DNA of 64,000 nucleotides from Dehalococcoidia bacterium (lineage in GTDB: Bacteria > Chloroflexota > Dehalococcoidia > UBA2979), in assembly GCA_963667465.2 (NCBI GenBank), contig CAXXDN010000002.1, positions 992,001 to 1,056,000 on the forward strand. The letters are read 5' to 3'. Position numbers and translations under genes: made by a program. Below, one piece after another: positions 18,256 through 27,382 of the stretch; within the stretch, counting starts at the first letter, position 1; each line of letters starts with the position of its first letter. The notes under the pieces were generated by a model that worked only from the letters and a program-made list of their open reading frames with translations, ran no database searches and was not told where the DNA came from.

Positions 18256-19680
18256 CTACGAGGTGGTTGTGGCGTCCTGGCGCCTGAGCCGGGCGAGCAG
18301 CCTCGGCAGATCGCGCTCCTCCCAGGCGACCAGCACCTGCGCGGCGATTGCGATACTCGAGTAGGCGCCGGCGATCACGCCGACGAGCAGCACCAGCAAG
18401 AACGCCTCGATCGTCGATCCGCCCAGCCAGTACAGCGCGAGGATCGTGAACAGCAGCGTGATCGAGGTGTTCAGCGAGCGCCCGAGGGTCTGCACCAGGG
18501 CCGCGTTGACGTTTTCGGCGAGCGGCGCCGTCGGCGCGCGCTGCACGTTCTCGCGCACGCGGTCGAAGATCACGATCGTGTCGTGCACCGAGAAGCCGAT
18601 GATCGTCAGCAGCCCGGTCACGAACATCAGGTTGATCTCGATCCCGAAGATCTTGCCGAACAGCGAGAAGGCGCCGACCACGAGCGCGACGTCGTGCAGC
18701 AGCGCGATGATCGCGGCCATCGCGTAGCGGAACGGGTGCGGCATGCTGGAGAACGCGAACACGATGTAGCCCATGATGAACAGCGAGGCGATCACCACCG
18801 CCACCGCCGCGTTGCGCACCGCCTGCTTGGAGACCACCGCCGAGACCGAGGCGAACTCCAGCACCTCGAAGGGCCCGAAGCGCTTCCCCAGCTCGTCCTC
18901 GATCACGCCCCGCTCGCCGAGCTCCTCCGGGCTGAGCCCGGGCTCGCTCGCGGCGGCCGCATCGACGGGGCGTGTGTCTGCGGGGGCGACGAAGCCCGTG
19001 AGGACGGCGCCCTCGTCGTCATCCACCTGGACGCGGTAGGCGAGCACCTCCGCCTCCGGCTCTTCGCCGTCCTCGCCTTCCCCGTCGTCGGTCGATGTGT
19101 CGCCGCTCCCGGCGTCGCTGTCGTCGCCGCTCCCGGCGTCGCCTTCCTCGCTCGCCGCGTCATCGCCCTCGGCGGCGCCGTCCTCGGCCGGCTGTTCGCA
19201 GCCGCGGACCTCCTCGAGGATGCGCGCCTCCGCGCCCGCGGGAGCGCTCGCAATCTCGTCGCCGAATTCGCAGGCCTCGCCGAACTGGAAGACGCGCAGC
19301 GCGATTTCCCCCGCGGAGCCGTCGCCGCCGAGCAGGACCGAGCCGAGACCAGTGTCCTCGGGTGCGATCGCGCCGGCGTCCGGGGCGACCTCGATCAGCG
19401 CGGTGTCGGGCACGTCCAGCTTGCTCGTGCGGATCAGGTACTCGTTCGGGCCGGTGGACTGGATGCGCGCCTCGGGGTGGCCGAGTTCGGCGTAGGCGGC
19501 GCGCAGTGCGGCCTGGTCCACGCTGCGCTCGAAGCGCAGCAGCGTCGTCGTGCCCGAGGTGAACTCGATACCCGGCCGCAGCGTCGGCGGGATCGCCAGC
19601 AACACCAGCGCGATCGCCACCAACACCCCGCTCAACACGAAGAAGCGCCGGCGCGTCGAGACGAGGTCGAACGTCCTCAC
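18256..19680 (-). CDS. secF: Protein translocase subunit SecF with large periplasmic insertion
   Basis: GIEFTSGT, ALLHD, GFSVHDTIVIFDRVRE, RSLNTS, GAYSS. Confidence 0.95.
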   Translation of the reverse strand: MRTFDLVSTRRRFFVLSGVLVAIALVLLAIPPTLRPGIEFTSGTTTLLRFERSVDQAALRAAYAELGHPEARIQSTGPNEYLIRTSKLDVPDTALIEVAPDAGAIAPEDTGLGSVLLGGDGSAGEIALRVFQFGEACEFGDEIASAPAGAEARILEEVRGCEQPAEDGAAEGDDAASEEGDAGSGDDSDAGSGDTSTDDGEGEDGEEPEAEVLAYRVQVDDDEGAVLTGFVAPADTRPVDAAAASEPGLSPEELGERGVIEDELGKRFGPFEVLEFASVSAVVSKQAVRNAAVAVVIASLFIMGYIVFAFSSMPHPFRYAMAAIIALLHDVALVVGAFSLFGKIFGIEINLMFVTGLLTIIGFSVHDTIVIFDRVRENVQRAPTAPLAENVNAALVQTLGRSLNTSITLLFTILALYWLGGSTIEAFLLVLLVGVIAGAYSSIAIAAQVLVAWEERDLPRLLARLRRQDATTTS

Positions 19681-21104
19681 GCCTCACCGCCCATCGAGGC
19701 GGCCTCGGCGGAGCCGGGTTCGGTCTGGATGCCGGGCCCGAGCAGGTCCGGGTTGCGCGCGATACGGGTGCCGACGAGCGCCTTGAGCAGGCTGCGAGTG
19801 ACGGTGATGGCCGAGAACATCGAGACCAGCACGCCGATCGCCAGCGTGACGGCGAAGCCCTGCACCAATGGCGCATCGAAGGCCCCGAAGCCGGGCAGCT
19901 CGATGCCGCCGCCGAGCGCGAAGAGGATGCCGCAGGTAATTAGCGTCGTGACGTTGGAGTCGCGGATCGAGGACCAGGCGCGCGCGAAACCGGCGTCGAG
20001 GGCGGTGTGGAAGGCGCGGCCGGAGCGCAGCTCCTCCTTCATGCGCTCGAAGATCAGGATGTTCGCGTCGACCGCCATACCAACGGAGAGGACGAACGCG
20101 GCGATGCCGGACAGCGTCAGCGTGACCGGGATCAGCTTGAAGATCGCCAGCGTCACCACCGTGTAGACGACCAGCGCGATCGAGGCGAGGATGCCCGGCA
20201 CCCGGTAGTAGAGCACCATGAACAGCATCACGATCAGCAGGCCGATCTCGCCGGCCAGCACGGAACGGCGCACCGAGTCCTCGCCGAGCGTCGCGTCCAC
20301 CTCCTGCTCCTGCAGGACGGTGAGCTGCACGGGCAGCGCACCGGAGTTGAGCTGGATCACAAGTTCGGTGGCGCGCTCGAAGGTGAGGCCGCTGATCGTG
20401 CCGTTGTCGATGATGACACCCTGCACCGTGGGCGCCGACAGCAGCTCGTTGTCGAGGAAGATCGCGAGCGGCTGACCGAGCAGGCGGCGCGTAATCTGCT
20501 CGGAGAGGGTCGCGCCCTCGCCAGTCCACTCGAACTGCACGAGCGGGTTGCCGAGCGGGTCCGAGCCCACGAAGGCATTCGCCCTCAGGAAGCGCCCGGT
20601 CAGCGCCACCGACTCGCCATCGAGGACCGCGAGCGACTGCACCCACTGCCCGTCGGGGCCGCAGGGCGCGCCTCCGCCGAGCCCCGTGGGCGCCTCGCAG
20701 AACTGCAGCAGCGCGGTGCGGCCGAGCAGCTGGCGCGCCTCGTCCGGCGCCAGGCCGGGGATCTGGATCGTGATGCTGTCGACTCCCTGGCGGGTGACCT
20801 CCGCCTCCGAGAGCCCCGCGGCGTTGACCCGCCGCTGGAGGACGCCCACGGAGCCCTCGAGGGCGTCGTCGAGGTCGCCCTCGGCGCCCTCGGGGAGGCT
20901 GCCCTGCAGCAGCAGCCGGGTGCCGCCCTGGAGATCGAGGCCGAGCCGCATCGTATCGCGCTCGAAGCCGCCGATGCTCACGCCCCGCCCCTCGGGCCAG
21001 GGAACCGATTCAGGCAGCCACTTGCCCGGCTCGGACGGCCAGATCGTGTAGATCGAGGCGATCGTCAGCAGCGCCACGCCAAGCAGTGGCAGCCAGCGCC
21101 TCAT
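19677..21104 (-). CDS. secD: Protein translocase subunit SecD
   Basis: LGLDLQGG, LNSGALP, GMAVDANILIFERMKEE, DSNVTT. Confidence 0.97.
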   Translation of the reverse strand: MRRWLPLLGVALLTIASIYTIWPSEPGKWLPESVPWPEGRGVSIGGFERDTMRLGLDLQGGTRLLLQGSLPEGAEGDLDDALEGSVGVLQRRVNAAGLSEAEVTRQGVDSITIQIPGLAPDEARQLLGRTALLQFCEAPTGLGGGAPCGPDGQWVQSLAVLDGESVALTGRFLRANAFVGSDPLGNPLVQFEWTGEGATLSEQITRRLLGQPLAIFLDNELLSAPTVQGVIIDNGTISGLTFERATELVIQLNSGALPVQLTVLQEQEVDATLGEDSVRRSVLAGEIGLLIVMLFMVLYYRVPGILASIALVVYTVVTLAIFKLIPVTLTLSGIAAFVLSVGMAVDANILIFERMKEELRSGRAFHTALDAGFARAWSSIRDSNVTTLITCGILFALGGGIELPGFGAFDAPLVQGFAVTLAIGVLVSMFSAITVTRSLLKALVGTRIARNPDLLGPGIQTEPGSAEAASMGGEA

Positions 21105-21428
21105 CTAGCGAGCGTCCGTCTCATCGGCGGCGTCGAGGGCGGTCTCCGGCTCGGCGTCCGCAGCCGAGGCGGTCACGATCTGGACCGCGTCGGCGGTAGC
21201 GCGCAGCTCAACGCCGGGGGCGACCTCGAGCAGGATCTCGAGCGGGCCGTCCTCGCGCGTGCGGATCGCGCGCACAGTGGAGTAGAAGCCGCCCGTGGTG
21301 AGCACCTCGTCGCCGACGGCCAGTTTGCTGAGGTCGCGGCGGCGGCGGCGCTGCTGGCTGAGCACCGGGCGCAGCAGGATCAGGTAGAAGGCGACGACGA
21401 CGAAGAGCAGCGGCCAGATGAGTTCCAC
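21105..21428 (-). CDS. yajC: Preprotein translocase subunit YajC
   Basis: N-terminal TM, GDEVLTTGG; adjacent to secD. Confidence 0.92.
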   Translation of the reverse strand: MELIWPLLFVVVAFYLILLRPVLSQQRRRRRDLSKLAVGDEVLTTGGFYSTVRAIRTREDGPLEILLEVAPGVELRATADAVQIVTASAADAEPETALDAADETDAR

Positions 21429-21437
21429 GCCGCCTCC

Positions 21438-21968
21438 TTAGCCCGCGTCCGCGGCCAGCTCACGGTCCGCGCCCTCGGCGCGAACCCAGCTGTCGCCCTC
21501 GAGTTTCATCAGGTCGTCCATGCTATCGAGGCGGTCCACGTAGAGGATGCCGTTGATGTGGTCCACCTCGTGCTCCAGCGCCTGCGCAAGCAGGTTGTCC
21601 TCGGCGCGGATTCGCACCTCGCGGCCGGCGAGGTCCATCGCCTTCACGACCACGCGCTGCGAGCGGGTCAAGTCGCCGCGGTAGCCGGGCACGGAGAGGC
21701 AGCCCTCGCCCTCCATGCGGCGCTCGCCGGAGCGCTTCACGACCACCGGGTTGAGCAGCGCGAACGGCTCCTCGTCCGGCATGCCGATCACCACGACCCG
21801 CAGGCCGACACCGATCTGCGGCGCCGCGAGGCCGACGCCCTGTGCCGCGACCATCGATTCGATCATGTCGTCGACGAGCCGCCGAATCGACTCGTCGGGG
21901 CGGCGCACCTTCTTCGCCTGACGGCGCAGGACGGGGTCGCCGAGGTAGCGGATCGGTCGGACGGTCAG
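21438..21968 (-). CDS. def: Peptide deformylase (probable CTG start)
   Basis: GVGLAAPQIG, EGCLS, HEVDH; family N-terminus TVRPIRYLGDPVLR begins at CTG 21968, 6 nt after GGGAG. Confidence 0.95.
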   Translation of the reverse strand: MTVRPIRYLGDPVLRRQAKKVRRPDESIRRLVDDMIESMVAAQGVGLAAPQIGVGLRVVVIGMPDEEPFALLNPVVVKRSGERRMEGEGCLSVPGYRGDLTRSQRVVVKAMDLAGREVRIRAEDNLLAQALEHEVDHINGILYVDRLDSMDDLMKLEGDSWVRAEGADRELAADAG

Positions 21969-22091
21969 AGTCTGCTCCCGCTGCGGCGTCGCTGGCTGGG
22001 CGCGCGGCGTCGCGCGCTGGGCGCATCGAGTGTAGCCCACCATGTGCGCAGCGTCCGCGCCACTACGAGGTCGGACGGAGGATGGCTCGCG

Positions 22092-24779
22092 CTACCCAAG
22101 GGTGAGCGGATCAATGTCGACGACCCAGCCCGCGGGGAACTCGATGTCGCGGAGCAGCTCGGCCGGGTCGGGCGCGCGCACGAGCAAGGCCCAGCGATGG
22201 CGCCCACGGACGCGTGCGAGCGGCGGCGGGGCGGGGCCCAACACCTCGATGTTCGGCAGCCCCGCGGCGACGCGCTCCAGCTCCGCGCTCATGCGCCGCG
22301 CCTCCTCGGCGGCGTAGTCGCCCCGCGTGTGCGAGAAGACGAGCCGCGCGAGGCGCTGGAACGGCGGGTAGCCGTATTCCGCTCGCCAGGCCAGCTCGTC
22401 CTCGAAGAACCCGTCCACGTCGTGGCGCTCGAGGGCCTCGATCGCGGGGTCCTCGGGGGAGAGCGTCTGTACGATCACCCGGCCCTGGCGGTCGGCGCGC
22501 CCGGCGCGGCCCGCGACCTGCTCCAGCAGCTGGAAGGTGCGCTCGCGTGCCCGGAAGTCGCCGTCGTTCAGCCCGTAGTCCGCGAGCACCACGCCGACGA
22601 GCGTGACGAGCGGCAGATCGAGGCCCTTCGCGATCATCTGCGTGCCGACCAGGACGTCGATCTCGTGGCGCTGCATGCGACCGAAGATCTCCTCGTGCTG
22701 CTCGCGACGTCGCGCGGTGTCGCGATCCCAGCGCTCGACGCGCGCGGTCGGGTAGAGGTTGCGCACCTCGCGCTGCACGGCCTGCGTGCCCGCGCGGGCC
22801 CGGCGCAGCGGCCCCTCGCACTCGAGGCAGCGGGGCGGCACGCGGCGCGTCCGATTGCACTGGTGGCAGACCAGCCTGCCGGGCGGGTCGTGCAGCGTCA
22901 GCGAGACGTCGCAGCTGGAGCAGGCGGGCGAGTGCCCGCGCGGGCAGAGCAGGAAGCCGGCGAGACCGCGACGGTTGAGGAAGAGCAGCGCCTGCTCCTC
23001 GCGGTCCAGCGTCTCACCGATGGCCTGCGCGAGCTCACCGGAGAAGAGGTCGCGCTGCCCCCGCGCGTCGATGATCTCGACCGCGGGCAGGCCCTCGTCC
23101 GGCCAGACCTGCGTGGTCCCGTCGGGCTGGCGCACGGCGCGCATCCGCCGAGGCAGATCGAGGCGCAGGAGCCGGCCCTCGGCGGCGGCGTGCCAGCGTT
23201 CGGCGTCCGGGGTGGCGGTGCCGAAGACCAGCGCCGCGCCGCTCAGCTCCGCGATCCGCTCGGCGACCGTGCGCGCGTCGTAGCGCGGCGCCGGCTCCGC
23301 CTGCTTGTAGGTCCACTCGTGCGCCTCGTCGATCACGATCAGACCGAGGTCCGGTTGCGGCGCGAAGATCGCCGAACGGGAGCCGATTACCACGTCGTAA
23401 TCGCCTCCGGCGATGGCGTGCCACTCGTCGTAGCGCTCGCCCTCGCTGAGGCCGGAGTGCAGCACGCCCACGCGGCCGGGGAAGCGTTCGGCGAAGCGCG
23501 CAACGGTGGGCACGGTCAGCGCGATCTCGGGCACGAGCACGATCCCGCGCTTGCCCTGGTCGACTGCGTGCTGCAGCGCCGCCAGGTAGACCTCGGTCTT
23601 CCCGCTCCCGGAGACGCCCGCGAGGAGCAACGCCTCGCCAGCGGCGCGATCGATCGCCTCGATGATCACGCGCGCCGCCCCGCGCTGCTCGCCGACCAGC
23701 TCCGGCGGCGGGCGGATCGCGACCTCGAGGCTGCGCAGCGGATCGCGGCGGTCGAGCACTTCCTCGACGGTGAGCAGGCCCTCGTCCCGCAGCATCGCCA
23801 GCGCCTCACGCGCGGCCGCGCCGAACTCGCGCGCGAGCTCGCCAAGGGGCAGCGACAGATCCGGCACGGCGGCGAAACGCTCGAGCATGCGCGCCGCCGC
23901 GTCCTGCGCGCGCGTGCGCGTCCACTCGCGGATCCGGTCGGCCGCCTGCTCCGGCGACAGCGCGAGTGTCACGAGGCCGCGCCCGTCGATCTCGACGTCA
24001 CCGTCCTCGATCAGCGTCTCCACGGCCGGCCGGCCGCGCGCGATCTTCGCCAGTTCGTCGATCGCGACCGGCCCGCCGGCGTCGAGCACGGCCTGTAGCG
24101 CGCGGGCGCGGCGTGAGGCGCGACGGCCTTCGATGCCCTGCGCGAAGCGCAGCGCCTCCTCCGGCGCCGCGGCGAGACGCACGACCTCGACGACGCGCGG
24201 GCGGCCGCTGGGGCGGCTCAGCTCGTAGCGCCGCTCGGCGAGCCGACGGCGGACGAGCGCCGCAAGGGCAGCCTCGAAGGCTCGCGCCGCGACACGGCCG
24301 GGGAGCGCCGCGCGCAGCCGGCCGGCCTCGCGCGGGGTGTCGCCGAGCAGGTCGTAGATCTGTTGCTGACGCTCGGAGAGCGCCTCCGGCGGCTCGGCGC
24401 TCCCCCGGACAAGGAGCCTCCGCGGCCGCTCGCCCGCGCCTGGGGGCAGCATCAGCGCGTGCGCCTCCCACTGCGGCGCCAGGTACTCGTGCGCGATCCA
24501 GCGGGCCAGCGCGAGCTGGAGGTCGTTGAGCCGTGGGGCGCCCGCGACGGGTGGATCGAGATCGCGAATGTCGCCGTGGTAGCCGCTGAAGCCGGTGGGC
24601 GACTCGACGACGATGCCCTGCAGGGTGCGCTGCCCCCATGGGACGTGCACCACCTCCCCGGCCGCGACTTCGCGCCCCGGCGGGACGCGGTAGGAGAAGG
24701 TCATGTGCGTGGGGCGCCCCGCGTTGACGGCGACCTGCACGTAGCGGGCGCGCGCCGGCGACGGCGCTTGAGATGCCAT
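22092..24779 (-). CDS. priA: Primosomal protein N' (replication restart helicase)
   Basis: GVSGSGKTEVY, LVPEIALT, DEAH, Cys-rich region, GTQMIAKGLD, QVAGRAGR. Confidence 0.97.
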   Translation of the reverse strand: MASQAPSPARARYVQVAVNAGRPTHMTFSYRVPPGREVAAGEVVHVPWGQRTLQGIVVESPTGFSGYHGDIRDLDPPVAGAPRLNDLQLALARWIAHEYLAPQWEAHALMLPPGAGERPRRLLVRGSAEPPEALSERQQQIYDLLGDTPREAGRLRAALPGRVAARAFEAALAALVRRRLAERRYELSRPSGRPRVVEVVRLAAAPEEALRFAQGIEGRRASRRARALQAVLDAGGPVAIDELAKIARGRPAVETLIEDGDVEIDGRGLVTLALSPEQAADRIREWTRTRAQDAAARMLERFAAVPDLSLPLGELAREFGAAAREALAMLRDEGLLTVEEVLDRRDPLRSLEVAIRPPPELVGEQRGAARVIIEAIDRAAGEALLLAGVSGSGKTEVYLAALQHAVDQGKRGIVLVPEIALTVPTVARFAERFPGRVGVLHSGLSEGERYDEWHAIAGGDYDVVIGSRSAIFAPQPDLGLIVIDEAHEWTYKQAEPAPRYDARTVAERIAELSGAALVFGTATPDAERWHAAAEGRLLRLDLPRRMRAVRQPDGTTQVWPDEGLPAVEIIDARGQRDLFSGELAQAIGETLDREEQALLFLNRRGLAGFLLCPRGHSPACSSCDVSLTLHDPPGRLVCHQCNRTRRVPPRCLECEGPLRRARAGTQAVQREVRNLYPTARVERWDRDTARRREQHEEIFGRMQRHEIDVLVGTQMIAKGLDLPLVTLVGVVLADYGLNDGDFRARERTFQLLEQVAGRAGRADRQGRVIVQTLSPEDPAIEALERHDVDGFFEDELAWRAEYGYPPFQRLARLVFSHTRGDYAAEEARRMSAELERVAAGLPNIEVLGPAPPPLARVRGRHRWALLVRAPDPAELLRDIEFPAGWVVDIDPLTLG

Positions 24780-24822
24780 GCCTCGATGATACGTGCGCGG
24801 ACGGCTCGGTCAGGCGCGGGTT

Positions 24823-25167
24823 CTAGGCGCGGCGCGCCTCGCGGACGCGGGCGGCGCGGCCGGTGCGGCCACGCAGGTAGTAGAGCCGCGAGCGGCGGAC
24901 GCGCCCGCGGCGCGTCACCTTCACGCTCTCGATGCGCTTGCCGTTGAAGGGGAAGGTGCGCTCGACGCCCACGCCCGAGGCCATCCGCCGCACGGTGAAG
25001 CTGCCGTTCGGACCCTTGCGCACGCGCAGCACGACTCCCTCGAAGGCCTGGATGCGCTCGCGCTCGCCTTCGACAACGCGCACGCTGACGCTGACGGTAT
25101 CGCCCGCCTTGAAGTCGGGGATGGCCTCGTTGCGCGGCGAGGCGAGTTCGCGCAGGTCAATCGACAT
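24823..25167 (-). CDS. rplS: 50S ribosomal protein L19
   Basis: [30 protein letters not shown]. Confidence 0.98.
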   Translation of the reverse strand: MSIDLRELASPRNEAIPDFKAGDTVSVSVRVVEGERERIQAFEGVVLRVRKGPNGSFTVRRMASGVGVERTFPFNGKRIESVKVTRRGRVRRSRLYYLRGRTGRAARVREARRA

Positions 25168-25260
25168 TTCGGTTCCCGGAAGATACGGCCGGGCTCCCGC
25201 GGAGCCCTCCGCACCAAGTCTATGGCGCGTTTGGCGGTAGCGTCGAGCGAGCTCGCGGCC

Positions 25261-25446
25261 TCAGTCCAGCAGCAGCGCGTACCCGCCGGGCGCGAGCGCG
25301 GCGAGGATCACCGCAGGCACGGCGTTGCGCACGCGGCGCTCACGATCGGCGAGCCCGATCAGCCCCACGATCGTCAGCCCCACGATCGCGTTCGCGGCCA
25401 TGCAGACACCCCCGACCAGCAGTGCGTAACCCGGCACGTCCATCAT
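25261..25446 (-). CDS. Small hypothetical membrane protein
   Basis: Two hydrophobic segments; fills trmD-rplS gap; start uncertain (25446 vs 25494). Confidence 0.4.
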   Translation of the reverse strand: MMDVPGYALLVGGVCMAANAIVGLTIVGLIGLADRERRVRNAVPAVILAALAPGGYALLLD

Positions 25447-25502
25447 CTGCGCGATATGGCAACCCCTCGGGCCGAACGCGTGCAGCCCGACCACGACCGC
25501 GG

Positions 25503-26246
25503 CTACTCGGCGGGTTCCAGGCGGGCGCGCTCCTCGGGCGTCAGGTCAGCCTCGGCCAGCAGGTCCGGGCGGCGCTCCAGTGTGCGTTGCACGCGCTGCT
25601 CGCGCCGCCAGCGCTCGATCTCGGCGTGGTGGCCGGAGAGCAGCACCTCCGGCACGATCCAGTCGCGGAACCCGGATGGGCGCGTGTACTGCGGGTACTC
25701 CAGCAGGCCGCCCTCGAAACTCTCCTCCGCCAGCGACCCCTCGCCACCCAGCACGCCGGGGATGCGCCGCACCAGCGCGTCGAGCAGCAGCAGCGCCGGC
25801 AGCTCCCCGCCCGACAGCACCACGTCGGCGACCGACACCTCGATGTCCACGAGCTGCTCGCGCACACGCTCGTCGACGCCCTCGTAGCGGCCGCAGATCA
25901 GCAGCAGGCGCGGCAGCGCCGCGAGCTCGGCGACCAGGTCGCGATCGAGGCGGCGGCCCTGCGGCGTCAGCAGGACGACGCTCGCGGGCGGCTCGGCGAG
26001 CGGCTGGATCGCCTCGACAGCCTCGAAGATCGGCTCCGGCTTCAGCACCATCCCCGGACCGCCACCGAAGGGGTAGTCGTCGACGGTGCGATGGCGGTCG
26101 TAGGTCCAGTCCCGCAGATCGTGCAGCGCGATCTCGACACGGCCCGCGTCGAGTGCGCGGCGCAGGATCGTCTCGTCCAGCGGGCCACGGAAGATGCCCG
26201 GGAAGATCGTCAGTACGTCGTAGCGTCTGGCCGCGGCGGCGCTCAT
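25503..26246 (-). CDS. trmD: tRNA (guanine37-N1)-methyltransferase
   Basis: [36 protein letters not shown]. Confidence 0.98.
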   Translation of the reverse strand: MSAAAARRYDVLTIFPGIFRGPLDETILRRALDAGRVEIALHDLRDWTYDRHRTVDDYPFGGGPGMVLKPEPIFEAVEAIQPLAEPPASVVLLTPQGRRLDRDLVAELAALPRLLLICGRYEGVDERVREQLVDIEVSVADVVLSGGELPALLLLDALVRRIPGVLGGEGSLAEESFEGGLLEYPQYTRPSGFRDWIVPEVLLSGHHAEIERWRREQRVQRTLERRPDLLAEADLTPEERARLEPAE

Positions 26247-26265
26247 CGCGTTCCGTCCGCCCCGA

Positions 26266-26790
26266 TCAGCCGGCGTGCGTGCCGGCGGGCGGGCGCTCCT
26301 CGGGCGCCTCGCGCAGCTGGGCGATGGCGTGCGCCAGTACGGGCAGCACCACCGCCAGGTTCTCCGTCGCCCCGCGTTCGCTGCCCGGCAGGTTGAGGAT
26401 CAGCGTGCGCCCCCGCACCCCGGCGACCGCGCGCGACAGCATCGCCGTCGGCACCACGGCAATCGAGGCGGCGCGCATCGCCTCCGCGATCCCGTCCACC
26501 CGGTAGTCGAGCACGGCCTCGGTCGCCTGCGGCGTGCGATCGCGCGGGGTCAGACCGGTGCCGCCCGCAGTCACAAGCAGCGCGGCGTCGTCCTCGTCGG
26601 CGCGCTCGCGCAGCCATGTCGAGATGCGGTCCGCGTCATCGGGCAGCACGACGGGAGTAGCAACCGCGAAGCCCGCCTCGCGCAGCAGCGCGGCGACGGC
26701 CGGGCCGGCGCGGTCCTCGAGCTCCCCGCGCGAGGCGCGGTCGCTCACGGTCAGGACAGCGGCGACGCCGAGCGCTGCGGGGTTAGACAT
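26266..26790 (-). CDS. MogA/MoaB molybdopterin adenylyltransferase
   Basis: [30 protein letters not shown]; start at ATG 26790. Confidence 0.93.
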   Translation of the reverse strand: MSNPAALGVAAVLTVSDRASRGELEDRAGPAVAALLREAGFAVATPVVLPDDADRISTWLRERADEDDAALLVTAGGTGLTPRDRTPQATEAVLDYRVDGIAEAMRAASIAVVPTAMLSRAVAGVRGRTLILNLPGSERGATENLAVVLPVLAHAIAQLREAPEERPPAGTHAG

Positions 26791-26847
26791 GCGGGCTTCC
26801 CTGCGGACTCCACCGTGGATCGTAGCAGGGGCGGGCGCATCGGGGCG

Positions 26848-26934
26848 GTGGGGGTGGTTGTCGGGCAGTGGTGCGTGTGGTAGCCTCGCGGGGTCAAGTG
26901 GGGTGAAATGGGAGAGATTCCCAGATTGGCCCAC
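26848..26934. promoter_or_regulatory. MraZ-binding boxes / dcw promoter
   Basis: GTGGG 26898 and ATGGG 26908 (10-bp phase), inverted TCCCA 26919 and CCCAC 26930, more GTGG upstream; directly before mraZ. Confidence 0.7.
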
Positions 26935-26962
26935 GGATGAGGAACCAGCGTCGGAGGCTGCC

Positions 26963-27382
26963 GTGCACTTCTACGGCACGTACGAGCACTCGCTGGACGA
27001 CCGTGGACGGGTCGCGATTCCGGCCGTCTACCGCCGCGAACTCCAGGACGGTGGCGTGCTGCGCCCCGCCGACGACGGCTGCCTCGAGCTCTACACGCAC
27101 GAGAGCTTCACTGCGAAGACCGAAGAGGTGCTGGGCGACTCCGACACGCGCACGCGCATCGGCCGCCAGCGGCGGCGCGCCTTCCTCTCACGCGCCTTCG
27201 GGTTCACCCAACTGGACCGGCAGGGGCGCATCGTGATCCCGCAGGAAATGCGCGAGCACGCCGAGCTGGCCGGCCGCGTCGCCCTTGTCGGGCTCGGCGA
27301 CTACGTCGAGGTCTGGGACCTCGACCGCTGGCAAGGCGCCGACGAGGCCGCCGCCGAGGCGGTGTTGGAGGACGACGCATGA
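26963..27382 (+). CDS. mraZ: Division/cell-wall cluster repressor MraZ
   Basis: FYGTYEHSLDDRGRVAIP and LDRQGRIVIP repeats; GGAGG then GTG. Confidence 0.95.
   Translation: MHFYGTYEHSLDDRGRVAIPAVYRRELQDGGVLRPADDGCLELYTHESFTAKTEEVLGDSDTRTRIGRQRRRAFLSRAFGFTQLDRQGRIVIPQEMREHAELAGRVALVGLGDYVEVWDLDRWQGADEAAAEAVLEDDA

Noticed and set aside
20007-24098. Very long antisense ORFs (e.g. 1363 aa; also 5033..7648, 8422..10974, 40082..42337, 56194..58704)
   Set aside because: Shadow ORFs from high-GC codon bias opposite well-supported genes
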